64,000 nucleotides of DNA. Origin: an uncultured Candidatus Binatia bacterium. Its GTDB lineage: Bacteria > Desulfobacterota > Binatia > UBA9968 > CAXXLF01. Where the stretch lies: positions 2,176,001 to 2,240,000 of the forward strand of contig OZ244621.1 of assembly GCA_965218425.1 (NCBI GenBank), given 5' to 3'. Both the position numbers and the translations under genes were made by a program. Below are positions 1 to 9,298 of this stretch, one piece after another. How positions within the stretch are numbered: the first letter of the stretch is position 1; each line of letters starts with the position of its first letter. Under the pieces are notes generated by a model. It saw only the letters and a list, made by a program, of their open reading frames with translations, had not been told where the DNA came from and did not search any database.

Positions 1-164
1 AACTGGTGGATTCGGTCCTCAATATCGCCAAACTCGCTAAGGACCTCTTTGATTTCTTTTAATAGTTTAGAATCATTGGAGAATCCAATGAGCTGTTCCT
101 TGCGCAAGCGATCCATAATCTGATGCGCAAGATGGGAAATCCGGCCGTCAGAGAGTCCACTCAT
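1..164 (-). CDS. DUF507-family protein (runs off the left edge of the window)
   Basis: Manual translation from ATG at 164 gives MSGLSDGRISHLAHQIMDRLRKEQLIGF. ATGA overlap with the neighbouring DUF507 gene; DUF507 genes commonly occur as tandem pairs. Confidence 0.75.
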   Translation of the reverse strand, partial: MSGLSDGRISHLAHQIMDRLRKEQLIGFSNDSKLLKEIKEVLSEFGDIEDRIHQ

Positions 165-436
165 AGGGTGAATCCCTTCTTTTCAGCCAGTTTTTGTTTG
201 ATCAGCAGAAGCATCTTATGCCGATCCATGGATTTCGTTTCTCCCGCGAGGCTGTCCATCATCTTTCGTGCCTCCTCTTCTATAGCCTCCTCCTCCCGGA
301 AGTTTTGTGTTATAATTTCCCCAATCCGCTTTCGCACGGCCCCCTCATCCGTTTTGAGGACAATCAGATCCTTGGCGCGGCAATTTTTTAGCAGGCGCTC
401 AGCCAATCTATCAACCTGCTCGGGCTTGATTTTCAT
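161..436 (-). CDS. DUF507-family protein
   Basis: 91 aa, MKIKPEQVDRLAERLL...EEEAIEEEARKMM...IKQKLAEKKGFTL, matching the family pattern. Confidence 0.8.
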   Translation of the reverse strand: MKIKPEQVDRLAERLLKNCRAKDLIVLKTDEGAVRKRIGEIITQNFREEEAIEEEARKMMDSLAGETKSMDRHKMLLLIKQKLAEKKGFTL

Positions 437-679
437 CGGCTGTGAACAAACCGTGGAAACAGTTGGGGAGACACTGTGCGGACCAAAGACTAAAACACCT
501 TTTCATTATCTGTATTCCTAGGTTTAGTCAACCCTAAATTTCACGCGCGGAGACAAATTTGTACTGGGTTCTAAAAACAAGAAGTGATAGTATTAATTGG
601 CTTTTTGTGCTCAAATCCGATTCGTCGGTGTGCCATGTAAACCGGGGGGGCAAGCTTAGGTTCAGATGGAGGCGGTGCG

Positions 680-688
680 TTATCCACA
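680..688 (+). promoter_or_regulatory. Perfect DnaA box (TTATCCACA) in a divergent intergenic region
   Basis: Exact 9-mer consensus; degenerate box-like 9-mers near 441-471. Function unproven. Confidence 0.35.
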
Positions 689-775
689 GGTAGGATACGG
701 TTCCTTTAGCGACCCTCTATTTTATTAACAACCAAGGAACGGTTGTCCATCGAGGTGCAATACCAGTTCCGAATT

Positions 776-1696
776 ATGCGAACTCGTAAGCCAGTACCTT
801 TGAAAACAGGTGATAAAATCGGGGTTTTTGCCCCTTCCGGGGTCGTGAACTCAGGCCAACTCAACGAAGGGGTGAGTGCAATCCAGCGTGAGGGATTTGA
901 AGTCGTACTTGCAGAGGGCATTTTGGAGCGGAAAGGGTACTTAGCAGGAGAAAAAGAGTTGAGAGCCAAGTCGCTGGAACGACTATTCGAAAGGGACGAT
1001 GTCCGAGCTATATTTTGCGCTCGAGGGGGATTTGGCGCGATCCAGCTGTTGCCGTTGTTGAATCCTGCGATCATTCGCTCGCATCCGAAAATCTTTGTTG
1101 GGTACAGCGATGTAAGCGTGCTATTAAACTGGTTAATCGAAAGTTGTGGTCTGGTAACCTTTCACGGGCCCATGGTAGTTATGGATGTCGCTCATGGTCT
1201 AAAAGGACGGAGTAAAGATCTTTTCTGGGGAACCCTTTGTGGAGGCAGTGATACGTGGTTTGTCAGCGGGGTCCCTATTTGCCCAAGGCGGAAGGATGTC
1301 CAGGCGGAAATGGTTGGGGGGTGTCTCTCGGTGGTGGTGACGACTCTTGGGACTCCCTATGAGATACAGACCAGGGGGAAAATCTTGTTCCTTGAAGATG
1401 TGGGAGAGAAGACTTATCGCATCGAACGGATGCTAACCCACCTTAAAATGGCGGGTAAATTGAGCGATGTTGCAGGGGTCGTGTTGGGAGAGTTTACCGA
1501 TTGTGATTTGGGTGGGGCCAGGGGGCTTACAGAGGTCGTGGAAGATCTCTTTCAGGACGTGAACTATCCTGTCGTATCGGGTATCAATGCGGGTCACGGG
1601 CGAGAAAATTTCCTGCTTCCTTTTGGTGTAAAGATGCTCCTGGATGGTGACACGGGGTCGCTGTCACTGATGGAGTCTCCGACTGTGGAGCCGTAG
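776..1696 (+). CDS. ldcA: LD-carboxypeptidase (peptidase S66)
   Basis: Motifs APSG, ARGGFGA, GYSD (catalytic Ser), HGPM, GGCL, LFLEDVGE, AGHG. Alternative start at 743. Confidence 0.9.
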   Translation: MRTRKPVPLKTGDKIGVFAPSGVVNSGQLNEGVSAIQREGFEVVLAEGILERKGYLAGEKELRAKSLERLFERDDVRAIFCARGGFGAIQLLPLLNPAIIRSHPKIFVGYSDVSVLLNWLIESCGLVTFHGPMVVMDVAHGLKGRSKDLFWGTLCGGSDTWFVSGVPICPRRKDVQAEMVGGCLSVVVTTLGTPYEIQTRGKILFLEDVGEKTYRIERMLTHLKMAGKLSDVAGVVLGEFTDCDLGGARGLTEVVEDLFQDVNYPVVSGINAGHGRENFLLPFGVKMLLDGDTGSLSLMESPTVEP

Positions 1697-1718
1697 ATGA
1701 TTCGTCCTAGAGAAACCG

Positions 1719-2846
1719 ATGGATTTTAGTGCTGTTGAAGATGCATTCAAGGAGGCCGTTTCCAACGGTGTTTTTCCCGGGGCGGTGGTGTTGGTGGCTA
1801 AAGGTGAGGATGTGGTGCTGGAGCGGGCCTTCGGATTTCGCTCGCTCCTTCCGGAAAAAACTCCCATGGAAACCGACACCATCTTCGACATTGCCTCTTT
1901 AACAAAATGCATCGCCACAACGACCGCAATCATGCTCCTGGTCAAAGAGGGGAAAATCCGCCTTGAAGACAAAATAACTCGTTTTGTCCCAAACTTTGGA
2001 GTCTTCAACAAAAACCACGTGAGCTTTCGTCACCTGTTGGCACATTGCTCCGGGCTCGCGGCCTGGAATCCGTACTACGAGGAGATTGTCAAAGAGGAGA
2101 AGAACGGGGGCTTGAAGTATGTGGCGAGCAGAGCGGCAAAGAGTTTCGTGTTGGAGCGGATCCATCGAGAAAAGCCTCTCGCGCCGGCGGGCACTCGAGT
2201 CCTGTACAGCGATCTTGGATTCATTGTTCTCAGTGAGATTGTCGAACAGATCAGCGATCGATCCCTTGACCGTTTTTGTCGGGAGAGAATCTTTGACCCA
2301 CTAGGGCTCGAATCTACCTTCTTTGTAGATCTCACTCAATTGCGCGCGCGCCGCTTTCAGCCGGATTTGAAAAAGGTAGCCCCAACAGAAAACTGCCCGT
2401 GGCGAAAGAAGATCCTTTGCGGGGAGGTTCACGATGACAATGCTTACGCCATGGGAGGAGTCGCCGGTCATGCGGGGCTGTTTTCCTCTGCACAAGACAT
2501 CCATCGTTATCTCACTCGACTCAAACGTTGTTACGATGGCGAGGATTCCTATTTACCGGCAGATTTGGTCAAAGAGTTTTTGAAGCGGGATGAAGCCGTT
2601 AGCGGATCCACCTATGCCCTGGGTTGGGATACCCCAAGCCAAGCCAATTCCACCAGCGGTAGCCAATTCTCACCCCTTTCCGTAGGACATTTAGGATTTA
2701 CCGGTGTCTCCATTTGGTGGGATCTGGAAAAGAATTGCTCCATTATAATGCTAACCAATCGCATTCATCCCTCGCGGAATAATAATAAGATCCGGGATTT
2801 TCGCCCCCAAGTCCACGACTTTATTATGAATACCCTCTTCCCATGA
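1719..2846 (+). CDS. Beta-lactamase-family serine hydrolase (possibly an AmiE/NamA-like muropeptide amidase)
   Basis: FDIASLTK (SxxK), LLAHCSG, YSDLGF, GEVHDDNA, GHAGLFS, GHLGFTG. Lies between ldcA and mpl. Confidence 0.85.
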   Translation: MDFSAVEDAFKEAVSNGVFPGAVVLVAKGEDVVLERAFGFRSLLPEKTPMETDTIFDIASLTKCIATTTAIMLLVKEGKIRLEDKITRFVPNFGVFNKNHVSFRHLLAHCSGLAAWNPYYEEIVKEEKNGGLKYVASRAAKSFVLERIHREKPLAPAGTRVLYSDLGFIVLSEIVEQISDRSLDRFCRERIFDPLGLESTFFVDLTQLRARRFQPDLKKVAPTENCPWRKKILCGEVHDDNAYAMGGVAGHAGLFSSAQDIHRYLTRLKRCYDGEDSYLPADLVKEFLKRDEAVSGSTYALGWDTPSQANSTSGSQFSPLSVGHLGFTGVSIWWDLEKNCSIIMLTNRIHPSRNNNKIRDFRPQVHDFIMNTLFP

Positions 2847-4276
2847 TTAACCTCCCAGCGCCCGGCGGTCACATTCACCTCATTGCAATTTGCGGGGTGG
2901 GAATGGCTGCACTGGCCGGATTTCTCCAATCCTTCGGATACCGAGTCACCGGGTCGGACGTGGCGGCCTATCCTCCCATGAGTACTTACCTCCAAGGGTT
3001 GGGGATCATGGTTCAGCCGGGGTACCATTCGGAGCACTTGGAGCAATGTCCCGACCTCGTTGTGGTGGGTAATGCCGTTTCACGCGACAACCCCGAGGTT
3101 CAGGTGGTGCTGGAAAAAGGGTTTCCATCCATTTCTTTCCCCCAGGCCTTGAAGATGTTCCTCATCGGTTCGAAGAAGGCCATCGTGGTTGCAGGTACCC
3201 ATGGAAAGACTAGCACCACATCGCTGCTAGCTTGGGTTTTGAGCCAGGCGAAACTGGATCCGAGTTTTTTTATTGGTGGTCTTCCAGTCAACTTTGATTC
3301 CGGATTTCAAATTGGCGGCGGCCCCTGGGCCGTCCTCGAGGGAGATGAGTACGACAGTGCGTATTTTGACAAAGGGCCAAAGTTTCTTCATTACGAACCG
3401 CAGGAGGTCATCCTTACCAGTCTAGAATTTGATCATGCGGATATTTACTCAGACCTCGAACACATGACGGGTGCCTTTCAACAACTAGTGAAAATGATTC
3501 CTTCTTTTGGGACTCTGGTGGTATCCAATCATTACGAGGCGGCAAGACAGGTGGCGCAGGGGGCCTCCTGCCGGGTGATCTATTATGGAGAAGGGAGCCC
3601 GGCAGGGTGGGTAGCGAAGGATGTCCGCGTGGAGGAAGGGCGAGTCCGTTTTGAGCCCTCGTATGAGAAATCTTGTGAAGGAACGGTTACATTTTCCCAG
3701 TTTGGGAAACACAACGTGGATAACGCCCTGGGTGTTTACGTCATGGCGAGGGAGTTGGGAATAAAGCCAAACATCATTCGAAAGGCCATGACTACTTTCT
3801 CCGGTGTCAGGAGACGTCAGGAACTCAAAGGCGAAGTGGGAGGCGTTGCTTTGATTGATGACTTTGCTCATCACCCCACTGCGGTGAGGGAGACCATTGC
3901 AGGCGTCAGGATGAACTACCCCGGGCGCAGGCTTTGGGCCATCTTTGAACCCAGGAGTCATACCAGCAGGAGGCGAATCTTTGAAGGCGAATTCGCGCAG
4001 GCCTTGGCTAAGGCGGATCGAGTTATTGTAGCCGGCCTCTATCAACCTGAGAAGATCCCTGAGAAGGAACGTTTATCCCCTGGGGCCGTGGTGAATGAGA
4101 TCGGTCGGCTCTGTGGAGACAGTCGGGCCGTCACCATTGAGAAAGCCGACGAAATCGCTGCCCATGTGGTGGAGCAATCCAAGTCGGGTGACATTATCCT
4201 GGTCATGTCCAATGGCGGATTCGATAAGGTGCAAGACAAGATCTTGAGCTTATTAAAGGAACGGCGCCTCACTTGA
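2843..4276 (+). CDS. mpl: UDP-N-acetylmuramate:L-alanyl-gamma-D-glutamyl-meso-diaminopimelate ligase
   Basis: HIHLIAICGVGM, GTHGKTST, EGDEYDSAYFDKGPKFLHY, DDFAHHPT, FEPRS, MSNGGF. Confidence 0.92.
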   Translation: MINLPAPGGHIHLIAICGVGMAALAGFLQSFGYRVTGSDVAAYPPMSTYLQGLGIMVQPGYHSEHLEQCPDLVVVGNAVSRDNPEVQVVLEKGFPSISFPQALKMFLIGSKKAIVVAGTHGKTSTTSLLAWVLSQAKLDPSFFIGGLPVNFDSGFQIGGGPWAVLEGDEYDSAYFDKGPKFLHYEPQEVILTSLEFDHADIYSDLEHMTGAFQQLVKMIPSFGTLVVSNHYEAARQVAQGASCRVIYYGEGSPAGWVAKDVRVEEGRVRFEPSYEKSCEGTVTFSQFGKHNVDNALGVYVMARELGIKPNIIRKAMTTFSGVRRRQELKGEVGGVALIDDFAHHPTAVRETIAGVRMNYPGRRLWAIFEPRSHTSRRRIFEGEFAQALAKADRVIVAGLYQPEKIPEKERLSPGAVVNEIGRLCGDSRAVTIEKADEIAAHVVEQSKSGDIILVMSNGGFDKVQDKILSLLKERRLT

Positions 4277-4560
4277 GTGGTCTCGGAGGATTCGCTCCCC
4301 AAGGACGAGCCGGGCTCGGTGGCATGCCCCTCAGCGGGAGCCGACAGGTTTATACCTCGAGGCCACGTCATTTTGTCCGTCACGCCAATGTGCTTCGAAC
4401 CTTCAGTATCGGACGTCTCCCTTTCTTCGTGCCGGCCCCCTTCGCCCGATGGCAATCAGCGACGAGGGGAGCGAGACGTAAGGCCGTGGGCATCGAACGT
4501 GAAGCTTCAGATATTCACCGGCCTGTTGCCCGCGGCCTGAAGACTCGCTTTCCGAGGAGA
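4277..4560. repeat. GC-rich multi-hairpin intergenic element
   Basis: GTGGTCTCGGAGG (4277-4289) pairs with CCTCGAGGCCAC (4355-4366); ACGTCTC (4413-4419) pairs with GAGACGT (4473-4479) around further stems. Confidence 0.45.
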
Positions 4561-4925
4561 GCTTTAGCGTTCTCGCCATGACTCTTGAGAAGGCGAGGTG
4601 AATCATGTCAAATGTCAAGGTCTGACCCCATAACTTTTGGGGAGGGTCCGTGAGAGGGAAGAAACAGGCCGCCGAGCCGAAACCCGTGGACAGTCGCCCC
4701 GGGGACGCCGGGGAGCGCAACTTTCCAAAACCGCGAATTTCCGGGCCGGGGGCCAGCCACTTAGCGCAAGGCGATGGGCTCGTGCTGTTCTATTTGAGGA
4801 ATGGATCGGACCGGCTCCTTTCGTCAGTGGCTTTGAATCCGAAATTATCTTAAGAGTATGAGTCACAATTGACACCCCAATTTTATCTTGCTAACCAGAG
4901 AAGTGATTTTTAAGGGGAAAAGATA

Positions 4926-5963
4926 TTGAAGGCCGTTTGCATTCATGAGCATGGAGGATTGGACAAGCTTCGTTACGAAGAAACGGCTGATCCAAAGTTG
5001 AGTTCCTCTCACGACGTGGTGGTCCGGCTCAAGGCGGCAGCCCTAAACCGTATCGACATTTTTAACCGCGAGGGATTGACCGGAATGGAGGTTTCTCTTC
5101 CGCATATATTGGGGGCGGATGGTGCCGGTGTCGTGGTGGAAGCGGGAGACGGGGTGACCAATGTCAAAAAAGGGGATCCGGTCTGCCTTTACCCGCCCAG
5201 CGGTTGCGGCCAATGTGAGTTTTGCCGAACGGATAGGGATTTCATGTGCGTTCACGTTCGAGTGATTGGTGAAAGGATCAAGGGTACCTATGCGGAGCAC
5301 ATTGCCCTCCCAGCCGAAAACTGTTTCCCGATTCCATCGAATTTTACCTTTGAGGAGGCCGCAGCTTTTCCTCTTGTTTTTATAACCGTATGGAGAATGC
5401 TGGTTACCAACGCCGAGCTCAAGCCGGGGGAGCATGTGCTGATCCTGGGCGTTGGTGGGGGAGTGGCCTCAGCGGCCCTTCAACTGGCCAAGGAGATGAG
5501 TGCCCATGTCATCGTGACCTCCAGCAGCGATGCAAAGCTGGAGATGGCAAAAAATCACGGTGCGGATCACGGAATCAACTATTCAAAGTCTGATTTCGTC
5601 AAAGAGGTCAGGGCATTAACAGGCAAACGTGGTGTCGACGTGGTGGTGGACTGTGTGGGAGGGGAGAGTTGGGCAAAGAGTCTGGCAGCCCTGGCCAAGG
5701 GAGGACGGTTGGTGACCTGCGGCGCCACAGCCGGGGCCTTTCCCCAGACCAATATCCGACGAATCTTTTGGAATCATCTCAGCATCTTTGGTTCGACCCT
5801 GGGTAGCCGGCAAGAATTTCAACAACTGCTCAGCTTTTGTAGCGCCTCGGGGGTCAGACCGATCATCGATCAGGTGTTTCCTTTGAAGGAGGCCGTCGTA
5901 GCCCAGCAACGACTCGAAGAGGGAAAACAGTTTGGCAAGATTGTCTTGCAGTGCGCCAATTGA
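4926..5963 (+). CDS. Zinc-binding alcohol dehydrogenase / quinone oxidoreductase (MDR family)
   Basis: Structural Zn motif CGQCEFC...C, LGADGAG, GVGGGV nucleotide-binding loop, C-terminal FGKIVL. Confidence 0.88.
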   Translation: MKAVCIHEHGGLDKLRYEETADPKLSSSHDVVVRLKAAALNRIDIFNREGLTGMEVSLPHILGADGAGVVVEAGDGVTNVKKGDPVCLYPPSGCGQCEFCRTDRDFMCVHVRVIGERIKGTYAEHIALPAENCFPIPSNFTFEEAAAFPLVFITVWRMLVTNAELKPGEHVLILGVGGGVASAALQLAKEMSAHVIVTSSSDAKLEMAKNHGADHGINYSKSDFVKEVRALTGKRGVDVVVDCVGGESWAKSLAALAKGGRLVTCGATAGAFPQTNIRRIFWNHLSIFGSTLGSRQEFQQLLSFCSASGVRPIIDQVFPLKEAVVAQQRLEEGKQFGKIVLQCAN

Positions 5964-6034
5964 CCCCGTGGGTTAGTGCCATGAGTCAATTTATAAAGTC
6001 TCAATGGGAGGGCTAGCCACGAGTTGATTTGGAA

Positions 6035-6598
6035 ATGCGAGTTATCGGAGGAACAGCAAAGGGGCGTCGCGTAAAGTCTTTTAAAGGTCAGTCCCTTCGG
6101 CCCACGGCCGATCGGGTGAAAGAGGCGCTCTTCAATATACTTCCTCACGATCTCTCGGGATGGAAGGTCCTGGATCTATTTGCGGGCACAGGGAACCTCA
6201 CCTTTGAGGCCCTGAGCCGTGGCGCAGAGCGGGCCTGTCTTGTGGATGTGTCGCGGGAAGCGAGCAAGATGATCCGTAAAAATGTCGAGGCCCTGGGATT
6301 CTCCCGGTGCGCTAAAGTTATGGGAATGCCCGCACTCAGGGCCATTCATGTGTTGGCTGGAAGGGGAGACAAGTTTGACTTGGTCCTAGTGGATCCCCCT
6401 TACCACAAAGGCTGGGTGGAGCGAGTCCTTAGGTCCCTGTCGCAGGAGGATCTCCTGGAAGATGATGGCATCCTGGTTATGGAGCATAGCGCACGAGAAG
6501 AGGTGAAAGAGAGTTATGGATCCTTGATCCTTCAGGATCAACGTCGCTATGGAGGAAGCCGCCTCTCTTTTTTTGGACATGGTCCACAAGATCTCTAG
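6035..6598 (+). CDS. rsmD: 16S rRNA (guanine966-N2)-methyltransferase
   Basis: MRVIGG, LRPTADRVKEALFNIL, LDLFAGTG, DPPY; directly upstream of coaD. Confidence 0.93.
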   Translation: MRVIGGTAKGRRVKSFKGQSLRPTADRVKEALFNILPHDLSGWKVLDLFAGTGNLTFEALSRGAERACLVDVSREASKMIRKNVEALGFSRCAKVMGMPALRAIHVLAGRGDKFDLVLVDPPYHKGWVERVLRSLSQEDLLEDDGILVMEHSAREEVKESYGSLILQDQRRYGGSRLSFFGHGPQDL

Positions 6599-6614
6599 TG
6601 AGTATGAGGAGAAC

Positions 6615-7112
6615 ATGGCTCGAACTAGCATCGCGGTTTATCCTGGTTCATTCGATCCCATTACTAACGGTCACATTGACCTTGTGGAGCGCGCTCTTCG
6701 GATATTCGACCGGGTGATCATTGCCATCGCCACAAACCCGGACAAGGACAATTCCCTGTTTAGCGTAAAGGAGCGGTTGGAGATGATCCAGGAGGTGTTT
6801 AAAAGCGTCGAGAATCGCGTCACCGTAGACAGCTTCAATGACCTACTAGTGAACTATGCTCAGAAGGTTGAGGCCAAGGTCATTATCCGAGGGTTACGGG
6901 CGGTGTCGGACTTTGAATACGAATTTCAGATGGCGATGATGAACCGAGGTCTAAAGCGTGATCTTGAGACCTTTTTTATGATGACCGGAGAATCCTATTT
7001 CTACCTCAGCTCGCGTCTCGTGAAGGAGGTTGCCGGCCTCGGTGGAGATGTATCCGGCTTTGTTCCCAAAAGCGTGCTCACAAGACTCAAGCGAAAGGTT
7101 GTCCGTGGATGA
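6615..7112 (+). CDS. coaD: Pantetheine-phosphate adenylyltransferase
   Basis: YPGSFDPITNGH, RGLRAVSDFEYE, SSRLVKEVA; SD GAGGAG before ATG 6615. Confidence 0.96.
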   Translation: MARTSIAVYPGSFDPITNGHIDLVERALRIFDRVIIAIATNPDKDNSLFSVKERLEMIQEVFKSVENRVTVDSFNDLLVNYAQKVEAKVIIRGLRAVSDFEYEFQMAMMNRGLKRDLETFFMMTGESYFYLSSRLVKEVAGLGGDVSGFVPKSVLTRLKRKVVRG

Positions 7113-8305
7113 TGAAACTCAGTAAGAGGACGGACGGAATTAAACCGTCCATTACCCTGGCCCTGGCGGCTAAGGCGGCTGCCATGAGGGCCCAAGGAAT
7201 AAGCGTTATTAATTTTGCCGCAGGTGAACCTGACTTTGATACCCCAGACAGAATCAAGGAAGCGGCTGTCAAGGCCCTGAGCAAGGGTATGACCAAGTAC
7301 ACCGAGGTGAGAGGCATCCAGCTCTTGCGCGAGGTCATTGCCGAAAAATACCAGCGAGAGGAAGGGCTGAAATACGATAAGGACGAGGTCTTGGTCAGCT
7401 GTGGCGGCAAACATTCCCTCTACAATGTTTTCCAAGCCATTTTCAACGAAGGAGACGAAGTTATAATTCCCGCGCCCTACTGGGTGAGCTATCGGGATAT
7501 GGCACTGTTGGCTGGTGCGGTGCCGCGGATTGTGGATACCAAAAGAGAGAACGGCTATCGCATCACTCCTAACGAGTTGAAGGGGGCATTGGGCCCGCGT
7601 GTCCGTGCCTTTATACTCAACAGCCCCAATAACCCCACTGGCGCCGCCTATTCCCGACATGAACTGGAGGCGCTGGCTCAGATATTGGAGTCACATGAGT
7701 GTTTCATCATTTCGGATGATGTCTATGACAAGATCGTTTACGATGATTTTCGTTTCCAAAACATCGTTAGCATCAATTCTAAGTTGCGAGAGCGAACCGT
7801 GGTCATTAATTCCCTGTCCAAAACCTACGCCATGACCGGATGGAGGGTTGGCTATGCTCTGGGGCCTGTTCCACTGATCTCCACTGCAACGAAGATCCAA
7901 AGCCAAAGCACTTCCAATCCCACTTCTTTTGCCCAGGTTGCTGCGGTGGAGGCGCTGCAGGGACCACAGGATGAGGTGAGAGAGATGGTTCGTGAGTTCC
8001 AGAAAAAGAGAAACAGGATCGTTGAGGGTCTCAACGCCATGGATGGCGTGGAGTGTCTCAATCCTGAAGGAGCCTTTTATGTCTTTCCTCGTATTGGTTC
8101 CCTTTTTGGGAGAAAGGGAAAGAACGCCAAGATCGAATCTGCTTCTAACCTGACCGACTTCCTTCTTGCGGAGGCTCAGGTGGTGGCGGTCCCGGGTGAG
8201 GATTTCGGTTCCGCTGATCATGTTCGGTTTAGCTACGCCACTTCTTATGAAGACATCGAAAAAGGCTGTGACCGCATGGCGGCCGCGCTCAAAAAACTAA
8301 GTTAA
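7109..8305 (+). CDS. Class I/II PLP-dependent (aspartate-type) aminotransferase
   Basis: GEPDFDTP, PAPYWVSY, NSPNNPTG, SDDVY, SLSKTYAMTGWRVGY. Confidence 0.92.
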   Translation: MMKLSKRTDGIKPSITLALAAKAAAMRAQGISVINFAAGEPDFDTPDRIKEAAVKALSKGMTKYTEVRGIQLLREVIAEKYQREEGLKYDKDEVLVSCGGKHSLYNVFQAIFNEGDEVIIPAPYWVSYRDMALLAGAVPRIVDTKRENGYRITPNELKGALGPRVRAFILNSPNNPTGAAYSRHELEALAQILESHECFIISDDVYDKIVYDDFRFQNIVSINSKLRERTVVINSLSKTYAMTGWRVGYALGPVPLISTATKIQSQSTSNPTSFAQVAAVEALQGPQDEVREMVREFQKKRNRIVEGLNAMDGVECLNPEGAFYVFPRIGSLFGRKGKNAKIESASNLTDFLLAEAQVVAVPGEDFGSADHVRFSYATSYEDIEKGCDRMAAALKKLS

Positions 8306-8342
8306 AGAATTGCATCCTGCGTCGCCGGCCATTAGGCATACA

Positions 8343-8633
8343 TCGCCCTCCTCGGGCGGCGAGCCCCTTATCCCTCTCTCATTATGGCACTGCTTGGGCT
8401 TCGGCGGCTTGCTTCGCTCCACGGGACTCCCCGAGTGACCCACCGGGCCTGCGCTCGCGCGAACCTTCCGGATCTCGGATTAGCCGTGGGCGGACTCCGG
8501 CTTTCGTGCAGCGCCGACCTCGGTGGGTTGCCCGCTGCTCCGTCCATGTTGCGCTCCGAAAGCCCCCTCAGGGCAGCCCAGGGGGCTAAGAAGTGCTCAG
8601 AGATGGTTGATTCGTGTTCAGCGAGGATGGCGA
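8343..8633. repeat. About 290-nt rod-like imperfect inverted repeat between convergent genes
   Basis: TCGCCCTCCTCG (8343-8354) / CGAGGATGGCGA (8622-8633); GCACTGCTT / AAGAAGTGC; GTGACCCACCG (8435-8445) / CGGTGGGTTGC (8521-8531); CCGGA / TCCGG, all nested. Confidence 0.55.
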
Positions 8634-8646
8634 AAGCGAACGAGAT

Positions 8647-8946
8647 CTATCCAATTCCTAGTTTCTCCTTTGCCTCATCGCTGATCCTGCTTGGATCCCA
8701 GGGTGGGTCCCACACGAGATCAACGCTGGCCTCTGTCACGCCGGGGATTTCCATAATTTTCTGTTGCGCGTCGGAGGCGATCATGGCTCCCATGCCACAA
8801 CCCGGCGCAGTGAGGGTCATTTTAACGTTGACCTTGTCCTCATTGATTTCCACGTCGTAAATGAGACCTAGATCGACGATATTGACGGGAATCTCCGGGT
8901 CGTAGCAAGTCTGCAGTGCTTCGTAAACTTGATCTTTAGTTGCCAT
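8647..8946 (-). CDS. DUF59 / SufT-like Fe-S cluster assembly protein
   Basis: [35 protein letters not shown]. Confidence 0.92.
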   Translation of the reverse strand: MATKDQVYEALQTCYDPEIPVNIVDLGLIYDVEINEDKVNVKMTLTAPGCGMGAMIASDAQQKIMEIPGVTEASVDLVWDPPWDPSRISDEAKEKLGIG

Positions 8947-8966
8947 AGACAGGTTCCTTTCTTCTC

Positions 8967-9290
8967 CTATGTTTCGGCGTGAGTATTGGTACATTGGCTG
9001 CAGGGGCAGAGGGAGCGCAAATAATCAAAGGTGTAGATCCCCGTGCTGTGCCCGTCTTCCCAACGAAATTCAACGGCGTAGTTTCCCACGGCTCGGATCT
9101 CGCCGAGCTTTGCATCGGGGACGGTTATAAACTTTTTTGTGGTGGAGTCGTGTCCCTGGCAAAGGGCGCATGGGCAGTACCCGCGCAGGTAAGTTTGAGG
9201 GTACTCTCCGAGATGCCCGTCATTCCAAGTGATACGGACTTTTTCTTGCGCCCTCATATGGTTGATCTCGACTGGTACGGGTGGGACCAT
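8967..9290 (-). CDS. DUF971 (GBBH-like N-terminal) protein
   Basis: [32 protein letters not shown]. Confidence 0.9.
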   Translation of the reverse strand: MVPPVPVEINHMRAQEKVRITWNDGHLGEYPQTYLRGYCPCALCQGHDSTTKKFITVPDAKLGEIRAVGNYAVEFRWEDGHSTGIYTFDYLRSLCPCSQCTNTHAET

Positions 9291-9298
9291 GGATGACC

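Noticed and set aside
8343..8633. 6S RNA
   Set aside because: Longer than typical, lacks the usual zapA/ygfA context, and no recognisable conserved motifs; kept only as an unassigned hairpin.
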